Source: an uncultured Candidatus Saccharibacteria bacterium
GTDB lineage: Bacteria > Patescibacteriota > Minisyncoccia > UBA6257
Assembly (NCBI GenBank): GCA_964618625.1
Contig: CAZUBI010000001.1
Coordinates: forward strand, 65,940 to 129,939
Direction: 5' to 3'
Length of the DNA stretch: 64,000 nt
Of this stretch, positions 56,029 to 64,000 are shown one piece after another. The translations under genes and the position numbers were made by a program. Positions within the stretch are counted from its first letter, which is position 1. Each line of letters starts with the position of its first letter. The notes below the pieces were generated by a model, which saw only the letters and a list, made by a program, of their open reading frames with translations, was not told the origin of the DNA and made no database searches.

Positions 56029-56547
56029 TTATTTTGTTGCTTTTATGCCCTCCAATACCACAACTAATTTCTGAATATTTCCATTTAAGGTATATAATAA
56101 TCGTTGCATTGGAGAAGCTATTGAACCAACTAATCGACCTAAAAGTATATCTTTTGATGGTATTTTTGCTAATCTTATTACTTTTTCTGCGTCTAAGAAT
56201 GCCCCGTCTGTTATTCCTCCCAAAATTTGAAATTTATCATTCTTTTTGGAAAAATTCCAAAGTACTTTAGCTGTGTTAATCGGATCATCAAAAGCAAAAT
56301 TGACCATAAAAGAATTTGCTTCGTTATTGGAAACCTCATCTTTATAGCCTTCATGAGAAAAAACGATTTTAGCTAAGTTCTTTTTTACTACTCTCGCTTT
56401 AGCATTATCTTTTTTTAATTCTTGGCGTAATTCATTCATTTCAGAAACTTTCAATCCTAAAAATTTGACAAAATAAATTGCCTTAGCTTTTTTTATCTGT
56501 TCTGATAATTCTTTAATAATTTGTTTCTTTTTTTCTTTAGAAATCAT
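56029..56547 (-). CDS. rplJ: 50S ribosomal protein L10; start taken at MISKEKKK (the ORF could extend 19 codons upstream to 56604)
   Basis: L10 sequence; rplJ-rplL order. Confidence 0.8.
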   Translation of the reverse strand: MISKEKKKQIIKELSEQIKKAKAIYFVKFLGLKVSEMNELRQELKKDNAKARVVKKNLAKIVFSHEGYKDEVSNNEANSFMVNFAFDDPINTAKVLWNFSKKNDKFQILGGITDGAFLDAEKVIRLAKIPSKDILLGRLVGSIASPMQRLLYTLNGNIQKLVVVLEGIKATK

Positions 56548-56570
56548 AAAAAATAATAAATAATTAAAAA

Positions 56571-56588
56571 TCTGTGGTTTCCCACAGA
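56571..56588 (-). promoter_or_regulatory. rplJ leader hairpin plus U-run (attenuator-like) immediately before the rplJ ATG
   Basis: Minus strand: TCTGTGG-GAAA-CCACAGA followed by TTTTTAATTATTTATTATTTTTT ATG. Confidence 0.4.
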
Positions 56589-56786
56589 TAGAATATAAAA
56601 ACATTAAATTTATTCCTTACCAGGTCTTATACGTAATTGTTGCCTGATGTCTTGGGAAACTTTGGAAATTTTCCTTAAGTATACAGGATTAAACTTTTTT
56701 GTCAACTATAAAGAGTGAGTGGAGTGGGGTAATGGCAGGATATTTTATCTTATTCTTTTTAAGTTGCACTATTTATATTTCTCCTT

Positions 56787-57113
56787 TTAGAATTTTGTAA
56801 ATTTCCCAATAAATCTCTCTGCTTCATCTATCATCAAACTATTTAGGTAGAGATTTATTGATTGCATTTTCTTCAGAATCACCCCCTCCTTCAACATTGC
56901 ATTTTTTAAAAGCCTTTTTAATTTAACAACGGTTAAATCCTTGCCCTGAGCTTTTAATTTCGCAACAGATAAAACATACTTCATCTGTTGATCATCTTTT
57001 TCCTTCAGTACTTTTTCTAACACATTCTTGCTTTTAGTAATCTCTTGTCCGTATGTAGAAAAGAAGTGTTTCCTTGGTCCAGAGATTGTTCTTTTAATTT
57101 CCACGACAAACAC
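56787..57113 (-). CDS. hypothetical 108-aa protein inside a cassette bracketed by a 14-bp perfect inverted repeat
   Basis: ORF; IR GGGTAATGGCAGGA at 56727-56740 and its reverse complement at 57127-57140. Confidence 0.35.
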   Translation of the reverse strand: MFVVEIKRTISGPRKHFFSTYGQEITKSKNVLEKVLKEKDDQQMKYVLSVAKLKAQGKDLTVVKLKRLLKNAMLKEGVILKKMQSINLYLNSLMIDEAERFIGKFTKF

Positions 57114-57180
57114 CTCCTTTTATTTTTCCTGCCATTACCCTAATCAATAATTATAGAATAAAGTAAGATGAAGTCAAGAG

Positions 57181-57252
57181 AGCCGGAGGCGAGATTCGAA
57201 CTCGCGACTTGCTGTTTACGAAACAGCTACTCTACCACTGAGTTACCCCGGC
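57181..57252 (-). tRNA. tRNA-Thr (anticodon CGU)
   Basis: Hand-folded: acceptor GCCGGGG/CTCCGGC (one G.U), D-arm ACTC/GAGT, anticodon loop TTCGTAA, T-arm GCGAG-TTCGAAT-CTCGC. The plus-strand ORF 57168..57584 over it is spurious. Confidence 0.8.
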
Positions 57253-57697
57253 GTGTCATAGCCAATAAACGACCTTCTTTAACCCTTTTGCTCAAAGCTC
57301 GGTCTTTCCTGCCATTTCCCTTATTTAACCCAGCATATGTGGGAGTCAATGAGTCACAATTTGGACAAATTAAGCGAAGATTGCTTTCAATATTATTGCG
57401 CCAATTGCCATCAATATGGTCAGCAACCAATGGAACTTGTCCGGTCTTAGGATTAATCTTTGACCATCCACACAAACAACACTTATTTCCAAACTTTCTT
57501 CGTAAATATCGTTTAATATATGCTGAAACTATACCTATACTTTGTAACCCTTTCACTTCCCCAGCTTTCCATTTTTTGATATAAGACTGATATTGATATT
57601 CAATTTGGCATGCATTGCTACAATATTTATATCCCACACGTGGTGTTTCTTTACCACAACTGAGACATTTCTTTCTGGGTTTTTTAGGTATTGGCAT
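57227..57697 (-). CDS. HNH endonuclease (stand-alone, homing-endonuclease-like); 3' end overlaps tRNA-Thr by 26 nt
   Basis: Cys4 pairs CLSCGK...CSNAC and CCLCGW..., HNH core ADHIDGNWRNNIESNLRLICPNCD. Confidence 0.65.
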   Translation of the reverse strand: MPIPKKPRKKCLSCGKETPRVGYKYCSNACQIEYQYQSYIKKWKAGEVKGLQSIGIVSAYIKRYLRRKFGNKCCLCGWSKINPKTGQVPLVADHIDGNWRNNIESNLRLICPNCDSLTPTYAGLNKGNGRKDRALSKRVKEGRLLAMTRRGNSVVE

Positions 57698-57762
57698 ACA
57701 TATTAAGTATATGGGATTTATCGACCAGCGTCAAGATTAGAAGTGGTTGCAGGTTGAAAAAA

Positions 57763-57790
57763 GATTGCTCTACCATTGAGCTATCCAGGC
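57763..57790 (-). pseudogene. tRNA-like 5' fragment (acceptor plus D-arm only: GCCTGGATAGCTCAATGGTAGAGCAATC)
   Basis: Perfect tRNA 5' half but no anticodon/T-arm or matching 3' acceptor within 150 nt. Confidence 0.35.
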
Positions 57791-57869
57791 GTTCTTTGTA
57801 TAAATTACCAGAAATTATAAGAATTGTAAATATGCTTTATCTATGCTAAAATTCACTAAATTAAAAATT

Positions 57870-59030
57870 ATGAAAAGAATATATTTAGATTATGCTGCCA
57901 CTACTCCTGTTGACCCTCGCGTATTAAAAGCGATGCTTCCTTATTTTACAGAAAGATTTGGAAATTCTGTTTCTCTATATAGTCTCGGGCAAGAAGCAAA
58001 AAAAGCTTTAGAAAAAAGCCGTTTGATAATGGCAGAAGCTATTAATACAAAAGACAAAGAAGAAATAATTTTTACGAGCTCAGCAACAGAAAGTAATAAT
58101 CTTGCTATTAAGGGAATAGCTTTTGCCAACCAAAACAAAGGCAAACATATTATTATCTCCTCTATTGAACATAGCTGCGTTCTAAACAGCGCTGAATGGT
58201 TAGAAAAACAAGGGTTTAAAATTACAAAAATAAAAGTAAATAAATACGGTTTAATAAACCCAAAAGAAATAGAAAAAGCTATAAGAAAAGATACAATATT
58301 AGTATCAATTATTCATGCTAATAATGAGATTGGAACGATTGAACCAATTGAAAAAATAGGAAAAATCTGTGAAAAGAAAAAGATATATTTTCATACTGAC
58401 GCAGTTCAAAGTTTTGGAAAAATGCCTCTTGATGTACAGAAAATGAAAGTTGATTTACTAACTGCTTCTTCACATAAAATTTATGGGCCAAAAGGCGCGG
58501 CTTTATTATATATTAAAAAAGGAACAAAAATAGAACCATTGATTCATGGCGGAGGCCATGAATTTGGGTTAAGAGCATCAACAGTTAATGTTCCGGCAAT
58601 TGTAGGATTTGGAAAAGCAGTAGAAATCTGTGAAAAAGAAATGAAAAAAGAATCAAAAAGACAAATTAAGTTGAGAGATAGGCTAATCAATGGAGTTTTG
58701 GATAAAATACCAGATTCTCATCTTAATGGCCATTCAAAAAAACGATTGCCTAATAATGCTAATTTTTGGTTTTCTTACGTTGAAGGCGAATCTATTGTAA
58801 TAAATTTAAATTCCTATGGAATTGCCGCTTCTACTGGTTCTGCTTGTTCTTCTGAGGAATTAGAGCCTAGTCATATTCTTTTAGCATGCGGATTACGACC
58901 AGAACAGGCGCATGGTTCTTTAAGATTAACCATAGGAAGATGGACTAAAAAACAAGACATTGATTACCTGCTTGAAATACTGTCAAAAACTATAAAAAAA
59001 TTAAGAAAGATATCCCCATATGTACAATAA
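57870..59030 (+). CDS. iscS: cysteine desulfurase (IscS/NifS); start at MKRIYLDYAATTP (the ORF track extends to 57843)
   Basis: Class-V PLP fold with SSHKIYGPKG lysine motif and SACSS active-site Cys region. Confidence 0.85.
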   Translation: MKRIYLDYAATTPVDPRVLKAMLPYFTERFGNSVSLYSLGQEAKKALEKSRLIMAEAINTKDKEEIIFTSSATESNNLAIKGIAFANQNKGKHIIISSIEHSCVLNSAEWLEKQGFKITKIKVNKYGLINPKEIEKAIRKDTILVSIIHANNEIGTIEPIEKIGKICEKKKIYFHTDAVQSFGKMPLDVQKMKVDLLTASSHKIYGPKGAALLYIKKGTKIEPLIHGGGHEFGLRASTVNVPAIVGFGKAVEICEKEMKKESKRQIKLRDRLINGVLDKIPDSHLNGHSKKRLPNNANFWFSYVEGESIVINLNSYGIAASTGSACSSEELEPSHILLACGLRPEQAHGSLRLTIGRWTKKQDIDYLLEILSKTIKKLRKISPYVQ

Positions 59031-59490
59031 AAAGGTTCTACAATATTTTAAACATCCCCGTAATTTTGGGCGAATAAAAAACCCTAACGGTATTGGTAAA
59101 GTCGGAAACATTATATGTGGAGATGTAATGAAATTATATATAAAAGTTGATAAAAACAAAAAGGGCGAAGAGATAATCAAGGATATAAAATTTGAAACAT
59201 ATGGCTGCGTCGCCGCGATTGCTAGTAGTAGTATAATTACCGATTTAGCTAAAGGAAAAACTATTAGGGAAGTTTTAAAACTCAACAAAAATAAAATTAT
59301 AGATTCTCTAGGGGAATTACCGCCAATCAAAATCCATTGTTCTGTTTTAGCCATTGATGCTCTCTTGGAGGCAATCTATGATTATTTAATAAAAAACAAA
59401 AAGATAATTCCTAAAGAATTAGAAAAGCGCCATCAAAGAATAGAAAGAGAAAAAAAGATAATCGAAGAGAAATACAAAGAATGGGCTTAG
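59020..59490 (+). CDS. iscU: Fe-S cluster assembly scaffold (IscU/NifU-like)
   Basis: Three conserved Cys (ICGDVM, YGCVAAIASS, HCSVLA). Confidence 0.8.
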   Translation: MYNKKVLQYFKHPRNFGRIKNPNGIGKVGNIICGDVMKLYIKVDKNKKGEEIIKDIKFETYGCVAAIASSSIITDLAKGKTIREVLKLNKNKIIDSLGELPPIKIHCSVLAIDALLEAIYDYLIKNKKIIPKELEKRHQRIEREKKIIEEKYKEWA

Positions 59491-60563
59491 ATAAGGGTAA
59501 AAAAATTGTTGTAGGGATGTCAGGAGGGATAGACTCTTCTATGGCTTTGATATTGCTGAAAGAACAAGGGTGGCAACCCGTTGGTGTTTCTTTAAAATTA
59601 CCTGTTTGGCAAAACAAAGCAAATCTTTTTAAAGAAAATGTTTGCTGCACTAAAGAATCTTTAAAAATTGCCAAAAGCGTTTGTGAAAAATTAAATGTCC
59701 CCTATTATATTGTAGACGCCAGAAAAGATTTTCAAAAAGAAGTTGTTGATTATTTTATTTCTGAATGGAAGAATTTAAGGACTCCAAATCCTTGCGTTGT
59801 TTGTAATCCTAATTTTAAATTTAAACAATTATTGAAATGGGCAAAAAAACACAACATTCAATATATTGCTACTGGTCATTACGCGCGTTTGCGCTTAAAT
59901 CCCAGAACTAAAAAATACGAGCTTTTAGAAGCTAAAGATAAAAATAAAGATCAATCATATAATTTATGTTTTTTGCCGCAAAAATATCTTGCTTATATTA
60001 TTTTCCCATTAGGAAATTATACCAAAAAAGAAATATATAAAATGGCTGAAAAGCAAGGTTTCGGGTTTTTTATTAAAAAAAAACAAAGCCAAGATTTCTG
60101 CTTTGTTGCTGGCCAATCACTTTGTCCCTTCCTTAAAGAAAAAATTGGAGAAAAACAAGGGTTAATTTTAGATTTAAAAGGAAATATACTGTCCAAACAT
60201 CAGGGATTGCATTTTTTTACTTTAGGGCAACGAAAAGGCATAAAATTATCTGGCGGTCCATATTTTGTAACAGGCTGGGATAAGAAAAAAAATATTCTTT
60301 TTATTACTAAAAATAAAAAAACTCTTTATAAAAAAGAGCTGTTTGTTTTTCCATATCATTTGATCTCAGGAAAAAGAATAACAAAAGCTATTCATGCGCA
60401 AGTTAAAACCCGCTATCAACAAAAACTATCACAAGCTTGTTTAATTCCAGAAAAAAGAAAATTAAAAATCATTTTGAAAAAGAATATTTTCGCTCCATGC
60501 CCTGGCCAATTTGCCGTATTTTATCAAAAAGATAAATGCCTAGGCGGCGGAAGAATAATTTGA
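59481..60563 (+). CDS. mnmA: tRNA-specific 2-thiouridylase
   Basis: PP-loop VVGMSGGIDSS and conserved Cys pair. Confidence 0.85.
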   Translation: MGLDKGKKIVVGMSGGIDSSMALILLKEQGWQPVGVSLKLPVWQNKANLFKENVCCTKESLKIAKSVCEKLNVPYYIVDARKDFQKEVVDYFISEWKNLRTPNPCVVCNPNFKFKQLLKWAKKHNIQYIATGHYARLRLNPRTKKYELLEAKDKNKDQSYNLCFLPQKYLAYIIFPLGNYTKKEIYKMAEKQGFGFFIKKKQSQDFCFVAGQSLCPFLKEKIGEKQGLILDLKGNILSKHQGLHFFTLGQRKGIKLSGGPYFVTGWDKKKNILFITKNKKTLYKKELFVFPYHLISGKRITKAIHAQVKTRYQQKLSQACLIPEKRKLKIILKKNIFAPCPGQFAVFYQKDKCLGGGRII

Positions 60564-60633
60564 GCGGACAATGGGAATCGAACCCACACTTTAACCTTGG
60601 GAAGGTTACGTACTGCCACTATACGATGCCCGC
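60563..60633 (-). tRNA. tRNA-Gly (anticodon CCC)
   Basis: Hand-folded: acceptor GCGGGCA/TGTCCGC (one G.U), anticodon stem TAACC/GGTTA with loop TTCCCAA, T-arm GTGGG-TTCGATT-CCCAT. Confidence 0.75.
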
Positions 60634-60638
60634 AACGT

Positions 60639-61034
60639 CTATTTTTTTAATTTCCCTATTAAATTATACCAAATTTGGGAAATTTTGGAAAAAAATGAAT
60701 TAAAAGGTTTTTCAGGCAAAGGATCAGAAGAAGTGCTGTTTTGAAGTTCTAAAACATCAGAAGAATCCTTAATTGGTAAAACCATTATCACCTCTTCCCC
60801 GCTTTTTTTAAGTCCTAACATTAAACGCGCTGCCTGCTCAAGTGTTTCTTCTTGCTTTTCCTTTTCCAAAAGTTGCTCAGTCTTCTCCCTCTCTTTTTCA
60901 ATATTGCCTTTTGTTTGCTCTAAACTTTTCACTTCATCAGTTAATAATTGATATCTCTGCAAATCCTCCCTAATCCTTAATGAAAAGAAAAAAATGAGAG
61001 CTAAACTAATTATAATAATTAATAATTTTTTCAT
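60639..61034 (-). CDS. FtsB/DivIC-like septum-formation protein (N-terminal TM plus coiled coil)
   Basis: Architecture only: TM helix then heptad-rich region. Confidence 0.35.
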   Translation of the reverse strand: MKKLLIIIISLALIFFFSLRIREDLQRYQLLTDEVKSLEQTKGNIEKEREKTEQLLEKEKQEETLEQAARLMLGLKKSGEEVIMVLPIKDSSDVLELQNSTSSDPLPEKPFNSFFSKISQIWYNLIGKLKK

Positions 61035-61036
61035 GT

Positions 61037-62824
61037 TTAATCTGATTTAGAAAAGATTTTGAGGAAAACCTCTGGGGGAACCTGAAGATTTGCTTGATCC
61101 AACAATCTTTTTTTCCCCTTTTGTTGTCTTTTCAAAACTTTCATCTTTCTTGTTCTATCGCCTCCATAAAGACCCGCCGTTACATCCTTTTTTAACGCTG
61201 ATAGAGTTTCCCTGGCAACAATTCTCCCAAACGCTCTTACTTGAATAGAAACTGGATAATTTTGACGCAATAGAATTTTTTTAAGTTTTAGAGCCAAACT
61301 CCTAGCTTCCTTTTCTGCTTTTTTTTCAAAAATTATTCTAGACAAACTTTGGAATGTTTTTCCCGCTAAAATTACTTCCAATTTTTCTAATTGAGTCTTT
61401 TTATATCCAGATATTTCATAATTTAAAGAAGCATATCCTGAAGAAATAGATTTTAAATTATCATAAAAATCTTTAATGACTTCTTCTAAAGGAATCTGGC
61501 AAGTAATTATCAGCCTATCTGAAAGACTAAGTGTATTTATATCCTTCCCACGAGAGTTGTTAATAAGTTTCAAAATTACTGATAAATATTCTAAAGGTGT
61601 AATGATTTCCATTTTTACCCAAGGTTCTTCACAATAAAGAATTTCATCTGAAAGTGGCCATTTACTGGGGCTAGTAATAATCTTGGGCGTCTTGTCACCT
61701 TTTAATAAAACTTTATACGGTACAGTAGGATGAGTAATAATCAAATCTAACCCATATTCATCTTTAAGCCGCTCTTGTGTAATCTTTAAGTGTAACATCC
61801 CTAAAAATCCAAGACGATAACCTCTCCCCAATACTTCTGAATTTTCAGGAACAAAATAGAGAGCAGAATCATTTAATTTTAATTGGGATAAAGAGTAGCG
61901 GAAGTTTTCAAAGTCGGGACCGCCTTTAGCCAAATAGAAACCGGCAAATACCATTGGTTTTGGTTCTTCATATCCTGGCAAAATCTCTATTGGTAATCTT
62001 TTAGTTATTGTATCACCTACTCTCACTAATCCTGGATTTTTTAAACCAGTGGCTATCCATCCTATTTCTCCAGATTTCAAGCTTTCCTTCGATTTTAATT
62101 CTGGAGCAAAATAACCCAGATCTACAATATCACCTTTTGTTTTACTTGCAGTAAAAATAATCTTTTCCCTTTTTTTAATTTCACCTTCTACAACGCGAAC
62201 ATAAGCTATTACTCCTTTATAATCATCATAATGGGAATCAAAAATTAAAGCGCGAAAAGGTAATTTTTCATTAATAACTGGCTCAGGAACTTCAGAAATA
62301 ATCTTTTTCAATAATAAATCCGTATTTTCACCTGTCTTAGCAGAAACAAGAACAATATCGTCACTTGTTGTATTTAATAAATCTGCTAATTCCTTTTTCT
62401 TGTTTTCCAAATCATGAATATCTAAATCAATCTTATTGATAGCGCCAATAATTTTCAATTTTTGCTTCTTAGCCAATTGGAGGTTAGAGAGTGTCTGCGC
62501 TTGAATCCCTTGGATACCATCAACTAATAATATAGCGCCTTCTACAGCAGCTAAAGCGCGAGAAACTTCATAAGTAAAATCTACGTGGCCGGGAGTATCA
62601 ATAAGGTTTAAAATAAAACCATCATAATTCATCTGAACAGGATGCATTTTAATGGTAATTCCATGTTCTTTTTCCAAAGCCATCCCATCCAAGTATTGTG
62701 GCGTTAGTTTACTTTGGGAAATAGTATTTGTTATTTCCAAAAATCTATCAGCCAAAGTAGATTTACCATGATCTATATGCGCAATTATAACAAAATTTCT
62801 AATATTTTTATCTTTTTGCTCCAT
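61037..62824 (-). CDS. lepA: elongation factor 4 (LepA)
   Basis: G-domain AHIDHGKSTLADR, DTPGHVDF, and LepA-specific C-terminal domain. Confidence 0.9.
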   Translation of the reverse strand: MEQKDKNIRNFVIIAHIDHGKSTLADRFLEITNTISQSKLTPQYLDGMALEKEHGITIKMHPVQMNYDGFILNLIDTPGHVDFTYEVSRALAAVEGAILLVDGIQGIQAQTLSNLQLAKKQKLKIIGAINKIDLDIHDLENKKKELADLLNTTSDDIVLVSAKTGENTDLLLKKIISEVPEPVINEKLPFRALIFDSHYDDYKGVIAYVRVVEGEIKKREKIIFTASKTKGDIVDLGYFAPELKSKESLKSGEIGWIATGLKNPGLVRVGDTITKRLPIEILPGYEEPKPMVFAGFYLAKGGPDFENFRYSLSQLKLNDSALYFVPENSEVLGRGYRLGFLGMLHLKITQERLKDEYGLDLIITHPTVPYKVLLKGDKTPKIITSPSKWPLSDEILYCEEPWVKMEIITPLEYLSVILKLINNSRGKDINTLSLSDRLIITCQIPLEEVIKDFYDNLKSISSGYASLNYEISGYKKTQLEKLEVILAGKTFQSLSRIIFEKKAEKEARSLALKLKKILLRQNYPVSIQVRAFGRIVARETLSALKKDVTAGLYGGDRTRKMKVLKRQQKGKKRLLDQANLQVPPEVFLKIFSKSD

Positions 62825-64000
62825 ATATTTTTTGAAGAATAATTCTCTTTAATTCATCTATTTCCTTAATTTTTAACCAATTACAAAGCACTACAAATAA
62901 AGTAAAGCAAGTTATAAAAGCAACGCAAGCACACAACGCCAAATTGACCACTTTATCTATAGGAAAGATTCCCTTAAGAAAGGCAAAAAATAAATAAGCT
63001 ACTATTCCGCTTAATATGGAAACAATGGTTATTTTTCCTAAAGAATAATAAAACTTTTTCAATAAAGAAATAGGAATATCTGTTTTTAATAAAAAGAAAA
63101 GAATAAAAAAATAAAAAAGGTAGGTAATTGCCACTGCAATAGCTAAACCAGCTACTTCATAAATTAATCCTAATTTATAACACAAAAACAAACCTGTTGA
63201 ATAAGAAATCACACTGGCAATAAACGGCTTTAAAGCATCCCCTTTTGCAAAAAACACTCTTAAAAGAAAGGCGTTAACTCCTTGGAAAATCATTCCAAAA
63301 GAAAGTATAGAAAAAACCTGTATTGTTTTTACAGTAGAAGTCCAATCAAACTTCCCGTAACCGAATAAAAGACGGACAATTGGTTCACGGAAAACAAAAA
63401 ACCAAATAGCTATTGGGATGAGAAAAAAGAATATTTGTAAAAGCGTATCAAAAGAAGTTTTAACAAAATCTTTATATCTTTTCTCGACGTTTAATTTCGA
63501 CAAACTGGGAAAAGCGGCAATAGCAAAAGATAGAGCAAAAACTGTTTGAGGTAAATTCTGGATTTCGTTAGCCAAATTAAATACAGCAATACTTCCTTCT
63601 TTTAACATACTAGCTATGGCAGTAATACCTAAAAGAAAAGCTTGATAAGCAATAATTCCTAAGGAACGAGGCACCATCATTAAAACTACTTTTTTTAAAC
63701 CACTACTCAGCTCTCTGAAAATAGAAATATTAAAAGTAAATTTATAATCTGTCCCAATAAGAGCTGGGATTTGGACTAAAATATGAAGCAAGGCTCCTAA
63801 AACCACCCCCCAAGCTAATCCTTTTAAACCCATTAATGGAACAAAGAAAAGAATACCGATTATTATCCCTAAATTATATACCACAGGCGCTAATGCACTG
63901 GCTAAAAACAATTTAAATATTTTTAAAATACTAGCAACAACAGATGAAATACCCATTAAAATAGGTTGAATCATCATAATTCTTGTCAAAATAACAGCCA
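62808..64000 (-). CDS. murJ: lipid II flippase MurJ/MviN, C-terminal part (5' end beyond the window)
   Basis: Polytopic membrane protein of the MATE-like MurJ type; ORF open to the window edge. Confidence 0.6.
   Translation of the reverse strand, partial: AVILTRIMMIQPILMGISSVVASILKIFKLFLASALAPVVYNLGIIIGILFFVPLMGLKGLAWGVVLGALLHILVQIPALIGTDYKFTFNISIFRELSSGLKKVVLMMVPRSLGIIAYQAFLLGITAIASMLKEGSIAVFNLANEIQNLPQTVFALSFAIAAFPSLSKLNVEKRYKDFVKTSFDTLLQIFFFLIPIAIWFFVFREPIVRLLFGYGKFDWTSTVKTIQVFSILSFGMIFQGVNAFLLRVFFAKGDALKPFIASVISYSTGLFLCYKLGLIYEVAGLAIAVAITYLFYFFILFFLLKTDIPISLLKKFYYSLGKITIVSILSGIVAYLFFAFLKGIFPIDKVVNLALCACVAFITCFTLFVVLCNWLKIKEIDELKRIILQKIYGAKR

Noticed and set aside
57168-57584. Plus-strand 138-aa ORF from the six-frame track
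   Set aside because: It is the antisense of tRNA-Thr (57181..57252) and of the HNH endonuclease gene, so it is spurious.

Overview
This is a low-GC (~30%), gene-dense bacterial chromosomal window. About 85% of genes are on the minus strand, and the content is dominated by housekeeping functions. These include the def-fmt end, a PriA-like gene, cell-wall genes (murC, murG, ftsW, murE, murJ), gltX, alaS, rpoD, dnaG, secDF, glmS, eno, ppsA, the iscSU-mnmA cluster, lepA and ychF. There is a ribosomal-protein/RNA-polymerase block (rpsI-rplM, rplQ-rpoA-rpsD-rpsK-rpsM-rpmJ-infA, rplJ-rplL). I found four tRNAs by eye: Lys-UUU, Val-CAC, Thr-CGU and Gly-CCC. The style (lysine-rich N-terminal extensions on RpoD, S9 and L7/L12, an AlaRS lacking the C-Ala domain, a helicase-motif-degenerate PriA, small compact genes) suggests a reduced, possibly CPR/Patescibacteria-like genome; this is inference, not a search result. 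No CRISPR array, rRNA or obvious transposase is present.

The most interesting features, in order:

1. A tandem cluster of five Shine-Dalgarno-led micro-ORFs (26-40 aa) sits upstream of a tripartite MacAB-type pump (HlyD adaptor, ABC ATPase, FtsX-permease). The peptides overlap by TAATG junctions, and a hairpin attenuator plus a consensus promoter separate them from the pump. This looks like an undescribed leaderless multi-peptide (bacteriocin-like or toxin/immunity) export locus.

2. A ~60-70 nt palindromic element occurs at least 9 times, always intergenic, in the same orientation and 10-70 nt upstream of minus-strand gene starts. It has a conserved 27-nt core (GAGAAAACCATAGCGATTAGCGTGTTT) and variable but compensatory flanking stems.

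3. Two copies of a ~70-nt structured RNA-like hairpin show compensatory covariation between copies.

4. A three-gene module encodes a sigma-region-4/HARE-HTH protein, a membrane protein and a soluble VirD4/TraG-like ATPase with a C-terminal zinc ribbon.

5. A small mobile-looking hotspot lies upstream of rplJ: a 14-bp perfect inverted repeat brackets a 108-aa ORF, next to an HNH endonuclease and a 5' tRNA fragment.

6. A higher-GC fabD islet sits next to tRNA-Lys.
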